Assembly (NCBI GenBank): GCA_951406725.2 | Contig: OX597815.1 | Coordinates: forward strand, 100,130,001 to 100,194,000 | Direction of reading: 5' to 3' | DNA length: 64,000 bases | DNA from: Octopus vulgaris | Lineage: Eukaryota | Part shown: in pieces, positions 27,852-42,178 of the stretch | Numbering within the stretch: position 1 is the first letter of the stretch | Layout: the number at the start of each line of letters is the position of its first letter | Program-made: the position numbers and the translations under genes | The notes under the pieces: model-generated | Seen by the model: only the letters and a program-made list of their open reading frames with translations | Told to the model about the DNA's origin: nothing | Databases searched by the model: none

Positions 27852-28566
27852 GGTATTATTTAATTAGATAGTATAATCACCTAAAAGCAGGTAAAGCAAC
27901 TGCAGACAATAGTGTGTATGTATATTAAATAGACGAAAACTATATATAAGTCCGCCCGTCGAATGGATTATACCTGTGAATATGTATGATGTTGATCTAC
28001 TTACACGTAAATCTAAGGACTAAGCGATTCAGTTGATTGAACAAATGAATCTTCATCGTCCAAACAGACCGAAATAGAACACTGAACAAAATGTTTAGCA
28101 ACGCTCTGTGCTTTGTTTAGCAAATTCTACCGATGTCAACTTTACCATTCGTTCAGTGCTTGACCGAGATAAGTGCCAATGAACTACAGTAGTCGATTTA
28201 ATTGAATATAAAATCCTCTCTCATATAATTTATAGCCTTGTGTCGATGTTAGAATCCAATAATTTATTATTTACGATACATTTTTTGAAAACTTTTTTAT
28301 TATCAATAACAAGAATTGGAAAAAAACAATAATGTCTGTATTTTAATTGTGCCAAAGTGTTAAATCTATATTTCTTACTGTGTATAATATACTTCAATAT
28401 TTTATCGTCTTCCCGAATCTCAAAGACAGTGTTTACAAACGGTTGTATTTTATGTTTGACTTCACCAAATATAAAATTTATATTTATCACCAATAGTTTT
28501 CTATAAATGTCATACAGTAATAATTTTTTGTTTCTTTTAGATTTTATTGTTACGACTCTTTTGTGA

Positions 28567-28645
<79 letters not shown>

Positions 28646-29670
28646 GATATCACTGCATTTTTAGGAGAATGGAAATATTATTTGTATAGAGAGCAGATAT
28701 TTTACCCACCTGATTCGTATCACATCTATAATGTCGTATTCTCACTTCAGATACAGCCTCGTTCTTATTTACCTGAAAGTAAATTTTGGTAGGTTTAATA
28801 AACAGAAAATATTTTGTGTAAAATCTTCTAAAAGATTCAGAATTTAGTTACATAATCTATAATTATGAAATCAAATCCTATCCTTTTAGAAAAAGCAAAT
28901 GATAATACAAAGGATTTATTTTGAAGTGTTTATATATTTTTGTTTCCAATCCATCTTCTAAACCACCAGTGTTCCGCACCACCCAGTAACTAAGTCACTT
29001 TGTAGACAAGAGATTGATTTGAGATGACTTCAAAGATTAACATTTTGTACGTCTGATGCCCCAGTTGTAATAGGTTGCGAGGTGCAAGAAACTTACGTAA
29101 GCCGTGAAAATGAACGGAGTTGTAAAGGCCACTTTATTGCCGTTTCATCCACCTGTAAGTTAATACATGCGAGAGAACGTCCACACCTTCAGCTAATTTT
29201 AAAAACAAATATACTTTTTAATCTTGTAAACTACATGGGTTAGTCTTTGTAAACAAGAAAAAAATGGTTTTACATGCTTCATAGAGTACTTTTTCATTCT
29301 GAAAATTTAATAGCAAATGTGACCGCGGTTCTTCTGCCAAATTGAATATAGGAACGAAAGGAATTAATCCCCTACAGATCTAGTGTCTCGCATGGTTATC
29401 ATCCAGCAACTGCACTTTTTCTAAAATTACAATAATATACTTTAAATATTTTCGTTAAAAGTGAAAGGGTAACATTCAAAGAACTTATCAAGGCCTAATA
29501 TATGGAATGGAGGGAGTGCTGGAGAAAGAAGTCAGTCAAGGACTAAGTAACTAGTCTTAAAGTAGCATCATATGTATTGAGTCCTGTACGTTATCATTTC
29601 TGGTAAATAAAAAGAAATTTATACACACACACACACTCACACACGCACGCCAATACATATATGCACACAC

Positions 29671-29713
<43 letters not shown>

Positions 29714-29757
29714 TGTATGTATGTATGTATATATATATATATACAAATATTATATTA

Positions 29758-29795
<38 letters not shown>

Positions 29796-29924
29796 TATTT
29801 ATATATACATATATTTATATATATACAGTATATAATATATACATAAATATGTGTGTAAGTGCGTATATACATACATACTTACATACACACACATGCATTC
29901 ATACATACATACATGTTGATATAC

Positions 29925-30358
29925 ATACAGTTACTCTATCCAGTTTACAAGTTGATGTTTATGGCTGTAATTATTGGGGCCCTGGGATATGTAACACACT
30001 GCCTAAATACCAATCTTGAGAAATTAGGCTTCTCAAAACCAGAAAGGCGACTACAGATCCAATCCATCACTGGAACTGTAAAAATCTGTAAAACTTTCCA
30101 GAAGTTTATCAGTTAGATATATATGAGCATGTCTAGATATGCAACTATATGTACGAGAATACATACATAAAACATAAAAATCTGCACATACATACATAGG
30201 TACAAATACATGCAAATATGCACATTCATACATATAGACAGACAAACAAAAATACCCCGTTGTTGATGTTGAAATTCCAGTGAAGGAGCCTTGGAACTAG
30301 GTTAGAAACATGTTCTTTTTCTATTGGCAAGAAAATCTTGAAATAAACTGAATAATGA
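29925..30358 (+). mobile_element. 5'-truncated R4/Dong-like element with 3' UTR, in (CATA)n
   Basis: QLLYPVYKLMFMAVIIGALGYVTHCLNTNLEKLGF...GTVKICKTF; homologous to 32745-33015; ends aaactgaataatga(cata)n. Confidence 0.8.
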
Positions 30359-30371
30359 CATACATACATAC

Positions 30372-33015
30372 GTTTGCATGCAAACAAGCAAATCACTATA
30401 CGTCCCACCAACAGAAAGTAAAGAAGGAGATAGGAATGATGTTTGGAGACAGCAAAAAGAGGACACTCACTTGCAAACAGATTACCCTCAAGCAGGAGCT
30501 AAAAGCTGTCAGTGAAAAACTCCGACATCAGAAGAGAATAACCGAGAGAACAATAAATAAATTTAAACGGAACCAGGCAGCAGTATGCAGAGACATGAGA
30601 GTAGGAACGGTGAAATTCACAAAATATCCTTGACGAGACGACATAGACTCCTTCTGGAGGAAAAAAGGAGTGAAGAGGAGTTTAACCAAGATGCTCTGTG
30701 GCTGGAAGAAATCCGAAGAAGCTATTGCTCCTACGTTACACCCAAGACATACAACATTGATGGTGAAACCCTTGCAACTGTGATCCAGGAACTCTAGGAT
30801 GGAAAAGCACATGGAAAAGACTTGATTGTTGGATACTGATACAAGAAACTAATCTTCTACCGACCATATCTTATCAATCTGTACCAGCAAGGTCTCAATG
30901 GGAACAGTAACATACCATACTGGTTTGCTCTGGCAGAGACAAAGTTGATCCCCAAATGCAGAACTACACACATGGCAAAAAACTGCGGCTAATTGCATAC
31001 CAGAGCTTAATGTATAAGATATATACAGCATGCTTAAACCTCTTCCTTCAGGACCATTTTAAAACCAGTAACATCGTCACAGCACAACAAGCAGCTGGGA
31101 AAAAGAGAGTCGGGGATGTGCCCAGCAATTGTTACAAAACTATAATGCCAGAGGTGCGAGAGTATAGGAGAAACCTAGTTTCAGTGTGGCTAGACTACAA
31201 GAAAGCTTTTGACTCTGTTCCCCATTCATGGATGCTAGAAGCCCTTCAATTTGCTAAAGTACCAGTGAGAATAGTTAAAGCCATGGTTGACCTAACTTCA
31301 TCGTGAGCCACCATCTTGAAATTAAACACAAAGAGTGTCTGTATTATCACTGATAAAATACAGTATCGTAAAGGCATATTCTAAGGTGACAACCTCTCTG
31401 TGATGTTGTTTATACTTCCAGTAAACCCCTTGAGATTCATGTTAAGAAAGTCTAAAGGATATCTCACTGGTTCACAATGAAACTGAAATACCAAAATTAC
31501 ACACTGTTTCTTTGTGGATAACTTGAAGCTTTATGCAAAGAATATGCATGAGATGAAAAAGTGCTTTGACCCAGTTACAACATTGGATGCAGGGTTGGAG
31601 TTTGGTCAGCATAAATGTTGTTATATGGTTTTGGAAAGGAGGAAAACTATAATCCGGACTAGCAACATCTCCATGAATGATTTAACTGTTTCCCCTATAT
31701 ATGACGAGGAATGTTACAGGTATCTCGGGGTGGATCAAAACATATCTTACAATGGCACATGTAACAAAAAAGCAGTGGCCCACAATGTTTTTGCAGTGCC
31801 AGCACTTGGGCTGCTTGATTGGACGCTTGGTGAAATCCGTACCATTGATATGAAAACCTGAAAAATACTAAGAACACATAATTTCAACATAAACAGCGAC
31901 GTAGATCGCCACTACCTAAAATGAAAACAAGGCGGAAGTGGCGTAACATCGATCCAAAATGCCTTTGAATGTCGTACCTGATCCTTCGGCAACATTTTTT
32001 CACCACCAACTGTCGAAGTGCATTCATTGACCAAGTTTGTATACATGAGGCTGATAAAATCATGAGACTTTGAAAGCAGCTCCTTCAACAACATTCCTTG
32101 TCTGATAACCTTAAACACATGCTCAAAGAAGTCGCACGATTCTATCGCATTGTATCATCAGATGAAAGGATGAACGTATATGAGCAAAAAACTATGCATG
32201 GATATGTTCCGAGATGATTGTAACATTGATCATCAAAGCAGTCTATAATGGACTAACAACCGGATTACTACCTCCCACTTCGAAGGGAATGTGTTTGCAA
32301 TCCAGGAACAGAAAATATCAACCAAATACCTGACGCACAAAAGGGACAAAGATGCTGGAAAAGCAACAAAATTTGACAACATATGCACATTTTGTGGATT
32401 AACACCGAAGATATCACCCACACCATAAGCAGTTGTCCGAAAATATCATCACGGTATTATCTCCCGATGAGTTATAATATTGTGGCTAGGACACTGTATA
32501 ATAAGATCCGTCTGAAGGATACTCCCGACGACAGCCATCGCCACTCATTATAAAAAGAAGTACTGGTGGAATGTCCCAGTGAAAACCTTGATAAAATGTA
32601 AATACATTAGACCTGATATAATGATCTGGGATAGAGAAGAAAAACCGTGTACAGTTGAGGAAATCAGAATCCAAGCAGATGTTAACATAAAGCTAAAGAT
32701 TAGTGCAAAAGAAAATACCTACGCCGAACTATTGAGAAATTTGCAGTTACTCTATTCAGATTACAAATTCAGGTTTATATTCTAATTATTGGGGCACTGG
32801 GATATATAAGACACTGCCTAAATACCAATCTTAATAAATTAGGCTTCTCAGAACCAGAGAGGAGACAGTTGATTCAAAGACTATAGATCCAATCCATCAT
32901 TAGAACTGTAAAAATCTGTAAAACTTTCTAGAAATCTATCATTTAAGTATATATGAGCATGTCTAAACTATATGTATGAGAATGCTTACATAAAACAAAA
33001 CATACAAATCTGCAC
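30372..33015 (+). mobile_element. Decayed R4/Dong-clade non-LTR retrotransposon (RT + CCHC + restriction-like endonuclease)
   Basis: VWLDYKKAFDSVPHSWMLEAL, KGIF*GDNLS, FFVDNLKLY, YRYLGV, FAIQEQ, CxxC...H...C knuckle, RPDIMIWD; many stops and frameshifts; flanked by (CATA)n. Confidence 0.9.
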
Positions 33016-33078
33016 ATACGTACATACTTACATGCATACATACATACACACATACATGCATGCATATATATTCATACA

Positions 33079-33112
<34 letters not shown>

Positions 33113-33249
33113 CATACATACATACATACATACATACATACATACATACATACATACATACATACATACATACATACATACATACATACATACATACATA
33201 CATACATACATACATACATACATACATACATACACACATAGGTATACAA

Positions 33250-33480
33250 TCATATTCAACATGTTCTTGTACATTCGGGCATGAAAAGGCAAGCTTTGCT
33301 TAAATTGCCCCGTATGACAGCATTCTCTTTGTAGACAATATGTGCGAAAACACAGCTTTGGGCCTAGAATGACGTCTTCAGACGTAGGCGATCCTTCCAG
33401 AAGGCTGACAGAAAGATCTCTACTACAGACGAGCAACACACCGCTAATCAGTTTAACGTTGTGTCACCAGATAGTACCAA
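33250..33480 (-). pseudogene. Decayed RTE-like LINE fragment
   Basis: Weak frameshifted similarity to the RTE thumb region (AFG-L...TK-AV...LLYG-E). Confidence 0.3.
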
Positions 33481-33937
33481 AGAGGATTCTCACATACAGT
33501 ATATATGTGAGCTAGAACATTAACACTTAGTGCACATGCACAGCAGAATTCACGGTCAATCTATGCCAAGCGGTTTCACTATGGCAACAGTCCGGATACT
33601 TATTGATCAGACCACGCATATACATATATATACAAACATGCATACATACGCACATGCATGCATACATACATACATACATACATACATACATACATACATA
33701 CATACATACATACATACATACATACATACATACATACATACATACATACATACATACATACATACATACATACATACATACATACATACATACATACATA
33801 CATACATACATACATACATACATACATACGTATGTGTGTATCCATGTTTGACTCTATAAACAGAAGAAAAGTTCTCACTACATATCTGCAGAATTATTTA
33901 TTTAAAGTTATTGATTAATACTTTAGTTATGAATATT

Positions 33938-33938
33938 T

Positions 33939-34026
<88 letters not shown>

Positions 34027-34027
34027 T

Positions 34028-34122
<95 letters not shown>
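33938..34122 (+). repeat. (TAGA)n microsatellite
   Basis: Direct reading. Confidence 0.95.
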
Positions 34123-34589
34123 CAAAAAAGTAACGAAGATGTCCAGGTCTTTGTGCATTACGGCCGTTTCAAATGTCTCCATTTAATCGATCAATGCAAA
34201 CATTACATCCATTTGAAATAAACTGCTCTCTTCGGATACGTACGACAGCATAAATTTCCAACATACAGGATACTCCATTATAATCTTTAGCAAATTTTTC
34301 ATCAGTACTAGAGACTGAAATGCATTGCTTCTTTTAGCTATTATTGTAGCAGAATGAATTTAGGGACAGAATACCTAAAGCCTACTATAATTTAGAGCGG
34401 CAGAAGGAAATAATGGGAGTCAACAAAGATGAATGGGGATTTAGCTACATTCACTTTTATCCTTATGACATTCAACAGACCCAATGCAGCAAGCAGTCTA
34501 CATCCCCTTAGAATTAAAACCATTGGGAATTGACAGTTAAGATTTTGTTGTTGGTGATAAATTAATGAATGTCAGATATTTTTCCCTAC

Positions 34590-34637
<48 letters not shown>

Positions 34638-34704
34638 TCAGGGTGAGTACTTGATAATTTTAAGCACCTGTATATACCATTTGGTGGTGTAGGTGGTGGA
34701 GTAA

Positions 34705-35020
34705 ATTAATCAAAATAAAAACATGATGCCAAGAATTCAGCGGTACATATGTTTCGGGCCTTTATTAGACGGATTTATAACAATGCATAATGTGTGTCTA
34801 TGGCCTTCTTCAGCCGCGCACAATTACTACTTCAAGGACATGTATTACATCAAAGATTCTACGTTGGGGATGCATATCCTCTCAGTCGCGTACGACATAA
34901 TGGGGTACCAGCGCGGCTGAAGAAGGCCATAGACACACATTATGCATTGTTATAAATCCGTCTAATAAAGGCCCGAAACATATGTACCGCTGAATTCTTG
35001 GCATCATGTTTTTATTTTGA

Positions 35021-35025
<5 letters not shown>
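34705..35025. repeat. Perfect 115-bp inverted repeat (91-bp spacer) within (TA)n
   Basis: 34705-34819 reads as the exact reverse complement of 34911-35025. Confidence 0.92.
34913..34990 (+). ncRNA. Minimal type I hammerhead ribozyme (mirror copy on minus strand 34740-34817)
   Basis: GCGG-CUGAAGA-A-GGCC a UAGAC..GUCUA auaaa GGCC-C-GAAA-CAUAUG-UA^CCGC; palindromic stem III ACAUAUGU. Confidence 0.75.
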
Positions 35026-35065
<40 letters not shown>

Positions 35066-35168
35066 CTTTTTATTCACCTAACTTCGAGTTGTGCGGACAA
35101 TATTGGAAAGACTTGGTGCCTCAACTAAAGTACCTAATTCAAATGAATCTTAATGATTTCTTAACCCG

Positions 35169-35222
<54 letters not shown>

Positions 35223-35241
35223 TTTATTAAGAAGAATATAT

Positions 35242-35297
<56 letters not shown>

Positions 35298-35412
35298 GTA
35301 CGTATACATACTTACACATACTAAATAGGTAAATAGGCGTATATATATGTGTATATATATGTATGTATGTATGTATATATATGTATATATATATATATAT
35401 ATGTATATATAT

Positions 35413-35447
<35 letters not shown>

Positions 35448-35480
35448 GTATATATATATATATGCATATATATATATTTA

Positions 35481-35532
<52 letters not shown>

Positions 35533-35740
35533 ATTGAATACAACTCACCCAACAAAAATTCACTACTTGAATGGACCATAAACAAAACTTGACTTAAACA
35601 GGATTCAGATAATCCTATCAGGTGGTGCTATTAAGTTAGACATGGCCTGTACCAATCTTTGGTTGAAACATATCTAAGTTTTATATATAAATATATATAC
35701 ATATATATATTTAGATATACATATATATAGTTATATAGAT

Positions 35741-35785
<45 letters not shown>

Positions 35786-36075
35786 ATGTCCAAGTCGTTA
35801 ATGATCTCATATACGTATGTCTGTATGTGTGTGTGTGTATGTATGTTATTTTGGTAATTTTGCCTTATATTTTATTTGTGTATGTCTCTGTCTTTGTTTG
35901 TATGTGTGCAAGTGAATCTATGTGAACACCGTGAGGTGTGTTCTGTGTGAGCTGAGAGGTAGATAACTGTCTGTAACAAGCTGACGAGGATGATACACGG
36001 TTGAAGATAAATACTCTCGAATTTATTTCAACGTATTGCAAACTAACAAAAGATACCAGATTTTGATGTTGTTAC

Positions 36076-36118
<43 letters not shown>

Positions 36119-36911
36119 GGTGGTGGTAGTGGTGGTGGTGGTGGTGGTTGGTAGGAAGTGGGGCGGCGGCATGTATGTCAGCAAAATTAAATAATCAGTA
36201 TTGAGCACCTTAAAAAGAAACAGTATACTGTTTAAGACTGCCACTAATTGAGTTGTTCGCCAGCTCTGTTGTCTGGGCCGCTTAAGTCAGCGTCATATTT
36301 AACAAATGACTATATCTACCTTCACATCAGAGAGTGACTTACTTCTCTTCTTAAATGTCCGCCCTGCAGTTGAAAAGGGAAAAGAGTGTAGGTGTTCGGT
36401 GGCAGCGGGGAGAGAAAAGAAAGGCCTTGAGGCAAGATCTTTCCGTGGGCTCTGTTCTTTTATTTCCTGAGAAAATGAAAAGCATATAGTAACTTTATAA
36501 AAGAGATCGTGTGTTGTGAGGGGATGGAGCGCGGTGTGAGTATTCCGTGAAACTCTATATTTACGCAAATTAATGCTCTATTGTCTGACAAGAGAGAAAT
36601 ATAGCCTTTTGCCTAATTCAAGCATAACTACAATTTTCTCCCTCTTCTCATTCTTGCCACCCCTTTTTACATTTCCACTCACACACAACACTCCCTCCAT
36701 CTCTCTCTGATTGCCTCTCTCTCTCCCTCTCTCTGTCCCCGTCCTCTCTCTCTCCCTCTTTCTCTCTCTCTCTCTTTATCAGTATATATGTGTATATATT
36801 TATAGAGAGAGAGAGAGAGGGAGTGCATAGATAGATATATTCATACACATACGTGGTTTGTGTGTGTACGTCTCTCTTTCTTTGCCTCTATCTCTATCTC
36901 ACACTGTATGA

Positions 36912-36988
<77 letters not shown>

Positions 36989-37042
36989 CATACATGCATA
37001 CGAATCTATAGACGCATATGCATACACACAGATAGTTTGTAT

Positions 37043-37079
<37 letters not shown>

Positions 37080-37783
37080 TCTCTTCCTCCTGTGGCTACT
37101 TCTCAATCATTCGTTCTTGCTTTCCCTTTTCAACTCACTCTTCTCTCTCTCACTTTAATTCTCTGTCTAACTAGCCATCAAGATAACAACGTCTCTCTAC
37201 GTATTTCTCTAGTGACTTTTCTCGCTTTCAGTTCCTAGATGTCTCTCTTTTTCCCCGCTATCTCTCACTCTAACTCTATTTCTATCTATGTATCTTTTTG
37301 TATGTATGTATGTATGTGTGTATGTATGTATTATGTATGTATGTATGAAAATGGATGTGTGTGTGTTAGTGTGTGTTTCTCCCTACGGCCTCCGTCCTCG
37401 TTTTTCTTTTCTAACTCTTCCTTCCCTCCCTCTCTCCCTTTGACTCTCTTTCGTCCTCTCCCTCCCTCGCTCTTCCTCCCACTCATTGCTACACTTTCTC
37501 ACCTATACCGGATAGCTTCATTATATCTTCTATCTTTGCTCTCACTCTACGATTACCTGACTAACTACCTCTCACCCCTACTCCCGCCCTCTTTTTTGAT
37601 CTTCAACCTTTTATTTATTTATTGTCTCACCCTGTCTTTTCAAAACACTCACATATACCCAGGATCTTTCTCTGGGTGTGTAGTCTCTCCCTTCTTCTTT
37701 TCTCTCTCCCCCTCTCTCTTCTCTCTCTCGTTCTCTCTCTCTCTCTCTCTCTTACTATCCCCTTTACTCTCTGTCTATCTCTC

Positions 37784-37814
<31 letters not shown>

Positions 37815-38496
37815 CATAAACACGCATTCACACACACACACACACATATATACACATATATACATCTATCTTCATCGCTCATCTCTCTTGTTCGCTGTAA
37901 TTACTCAGTCTCCGACCGCACTCTCTTTTCTCCAACCACTCACTCTCTAACATTCGAAACCCTCACTCACTTTCTATGTACCCATCTCCTGCTTCAACTC
38001 TCCTGCACTCAGAGTAGCCCACTCTCTACCAATTTCCCACTCAATGTCTCTACGTTTCACCTCCTCTCGCATCATGCACTCATACAAATACATATGCACG
38101 ACTATATATGTGACAGACTTATACATGTTATGTATTTGTTACATACAAACACGGGCATACACGCACACGCACACACGGATTTTGTTTATTTGGTACTATA
38201 AAAACAAAAATGTACTCAATACACTGCTATATGTTTATTATAATCCATTAAACCGTTATTGAGTGCGGTAGAGCTAAATATTGAGTCGGAGCTGTGGTTT
38301 GTAAGATGATGGTCTCAGTAACCGTGTGTGTGTGTGTGTATGTGTGCGCGTGTATGCGTGTGTGTGTGTGTGTATGTATATATGCATGTATGTATGAATA
38401 TATCATATCTGTATATATGCATATGTGTGTATGTGCGTATGTGTGTGTGTGTGTGCAACATAGGACATGTGCGTATGCATATATATATACAAATAC

Positions 38497-39016
<520 letters not shown>

Positions 39017-39353
39017 TATATATATATTGGAAAATATGTGAGATCCTTGGTACAGTTGGGGATAGTGGAAAACAAAAAATGAATGATTCACTAGAAGTTC
39101 TAATCTGTTTAATTTATTATTTTTTTTATTTTTTAATAATATAAATTTTAGTTCAGAAATCTAATAAGATCTTTATTAACTTGGGCGTGATTAATTTTTT
39201 AAATATATATATATAGGGAGATGTACTCGCATAGCAAGTGATTTGATCTGAGATCGTGTGCTGGAACGAAAACAATTGCAGCGTGGAAGGTGTTTGTAGG
39301 CCATTTAAGAAACACACAAACGCCGTTCGATTCACTTCAACATTTAAGTTTAA

Positions 39354-39403
39354 TTTGTCAAAATATTTTCGTCGCTAAAATCCGCGACCTGTTCACTGAC
39401 AAA
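39354..39403 (-). ncRNA. Minimal type I hammerhead with G3:C8 core variant
   Basis: UUUGUCA-GUGAACA-G-GUCGC ggauuuua GCGAC-GAAA-AUAU-UU^UGACAAA; 7-bp stem I, 5-bp stem II, palindromic AAUAUU. Confidence 0.7.
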
Positions 39404-39449
39404 AATCCGTGCTGCATCTCTGTTGTATATATATATATATATATATACA

Positions 39450-39689
39450 TACTCTTTTACTCTTTTACTTGTTTCAGTCATTTTACTGTGGCCATGCTGG
39501 AGCACCGCATTTAATCGAGCAAATCGACCCCAGGACTTATTCTTTGTGAGCATAGAACTTATTCTATCGGTCTCTTTTGCCGAACCGCTACGTTACGGGG
39601 ACGCAAACTTACCACCATCGGTTGTCAAGCGATGTTGGGGGGACAAACATAGATGTCCCCCCAACATCGCTTGACAACCGATGGTGATG

Positions 39690-39743
<54 letters not shown>

Positions 39744-39890
39744 GACGGGCTTCTTTCAGTTTCTGTCTACCAAATCCACTCACAAGGCTTTGGTCGGCCC
39801 GAGGCTATAGTAGAAGACACTTGTCCAAAGTGCCACGCAGTAGGACTGAACCCAGAACCATGTAGTAAGCAAGCTACTTACCACACAGAC
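39450..39890 (-). mobile_element. Family B SINE, inverted relative to the 38616 copy
   Basis: Reverse complement of 38616-39016; contains a local 33-bp foldback. Confidence 0.85.
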
Positions 39891-39901
39891 ATTCCTATAA
39901 C

Positions 39902-39940
<39 letters not shown>

Positions 39941-41780
39941 AGTGAGTAGGAAAACGAACGTAGAGCACTCAGCACATTTATTGGGAGTTATATAGCCTCA
40001 TGAAGGGATGGTGACATCCAAGGAAATACTGGTTCATTACCTAATATTTTGGGGGAAATTGATTTCTTGAAAATAATTGGCATGTATTTTGTTGGCCCCT
40101 TTGATTACCGTTTTACTCAGGTGGCTCCCCGTAACCATCCGATGTTTAAAAACTAGTTTTATAGATACTTCTTTCAAAATTCCTATTTTGTTTCCCACTC
40201 ATTCACTTGTGTAAGTTTTCAGAAGCAATCTTTAAGAGAACGCGTTCAAGAAGCCAGAAACATCGTGAACTATGTCGAATATGAGAGAAAGGAGCGCAAT
40301 TGTTTCTTGCAATAAATACATCTAAAGCAAATTTCTTTATGGACTACTAAAATACTACCTTTGATCCCCAATTTATTATTTTGTTTTATATGGGCCCAAA
40401 AGCCTTATATGGACTCCCAGTGGTCGTATGGGCCATGGTCGCGAACCACTGCCCGACATACATCCTGACCGATACACGAATACTCTTTCTCAGCTCCAAA
40501 CCCAACTTCTACCAAACAACCACTATACTTTATCGAGACTGCCTCTCGCACACCGACATACTTTACAAAACTTCACACTTCCTGGTCTCTATGAGTCATA
40601 AAGTGAGCATTTCAATGCTAACTTTTTTGTACTATGTGCTTTATCATTAATCCTTCGGAAACCGCTAGACGGGTGACTGATGCATCCTCTCAGTCATGTT
40701 CTTCTACATCTCACACACAAATAAAACTCACATTTCAAGTGCTTCAAATGTTTTACTCGTTGATGCACTGTTGTAGATAGGACCAAGAGTACGGTCTACA
40801 ACACAATTCCAACAAAAAAAACACACGCCTCAGTGTCACAAAACCTCTATAACTATTATCCAAACTGTGAAGAATGTCTCCGTACAACACACATCTCGCT
40901 AGAAGAGAATCTGAGCCTTTTGGTCACTTGCCAGAATAGTATCTACTTCTTATAACCATTATGGTTCGAAAAGTAGCGAAGCCGTAAGATGATCCACATT
41001 TGCTGTCTGCATTTCATCAAATTCCACAGTGCATAGATTAATATCCTCTAAAATGAAAACATATACGTGTGAAAGTACATCCGATCGCATCAAACAACGC
41101 CGATTATCTTTGAATTATAAGAAAGTAGAAACTTCGAGAGAACACTAATTAATTAGCTTTCAACGGTTGAACTCGAAGTAGGTAAAACTATAAAGTCGAA
41201 GGCAGCCTTCGGTTTTTGCTACACAAAAGATTTTTTAACCCAATATTTACATGCTATTATTTATAGCTTTATCTGCTTCGAATTCAACCATTAAAAACGC
41301 ATTATTTAACGCCATCCATTATCCTCATCGTCCTTCTAAGTGGGTCAATAACTAGTCCCAACCAGCCAAGATTCACAGTACAATTAACTACCACACTTAT
41401 CGCAATCCTAGTGCTTGGTTCGATCGTAGTATTCTTCCTTTTGATCTATTACATTTAAACGATACATCCCAGAATTAGTTCCTGTAATGAAGTAATTTAT
41501 ACTGACCAAACAGCTTCGTAAATCTTTTTGTCTTTGGAAAATTATGACAGCAAGTGATTAAAGCATGCCTGGGGAGACCATGCTATGCTGATGAGTTCAG
41601 ATAGGGGCGAAATATTTACATACTTATCACCTTACATGTTGACATAAATTATTATATAATTAAATTTTCTGTTAAATAAATTTCCCTTCACTCAATCAAC
41701 TATCACTTTCACAGCCGAAACTACCATTGCATACCCGTTCACCTCCACCGGCACCATCTGGGCCATTATTGCTTCTTCCC

Positions 41781-42178
41781 AAGGCGGCGAGCTGGCAGAA
41801 GCGTTAGCACGCCGGGCGAAATTCTTAGCGGTATTTCGTCCGCCGCTACGTTCTGAGTTCAAATTCCGCCGAGGTCGACTTTGCCTTTCATCCTTTCGGG
41901 ATCGATTAAATAAGTACCAGTTATGCACTGGGGTCGATATAATCGGCTTAATCCATTTGTCTGTCCTAGTTTATCCTCTCTGTGTTTAGCCCCTTGTGGG
42001 TAGTAAAGAAATAGGTATTTTGTCTGCCTTTACGTTCTGAGTTCAAATTCCGCCGAGGTCGACTTTGCCTTTCATCCTTTCGGAATCGATAAATTAAGTA
42101 CCAGTTGCGTTCTGAGATCGATCTAATCGACTGGCCCCTCCTCCAAAATTTCGGGCCTTGTGCCTAGAGTAGAAAAGA
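41781..42178 (+). mobile_element. Family A tRNA-SINE plus tandem partial copy
   Basis: ggcggcgagctggcagaagcgttagc (A box)...gagttcaaattcc (B box), then ggtcgactttgcctttcatcctttcggg..gataaa..agtaccag (resembles the Meta/Sauria central domain). Confidence 0.85.

Noticed and set aside
35975-36030. CTGACGA...ctcGAAT hammerhead-like string
   Set aside because: GAAA broken and no stem I
36240-36560. GC-richer unique stretch, possible promoter or exon
   Set aside because: No recognisable ORF, splice structure or defined motif set
41781-41870. tRNA gene
   Set aside because: The A/B boxes belong to a SINE head continuing into SINE body; no complete cloverleaf
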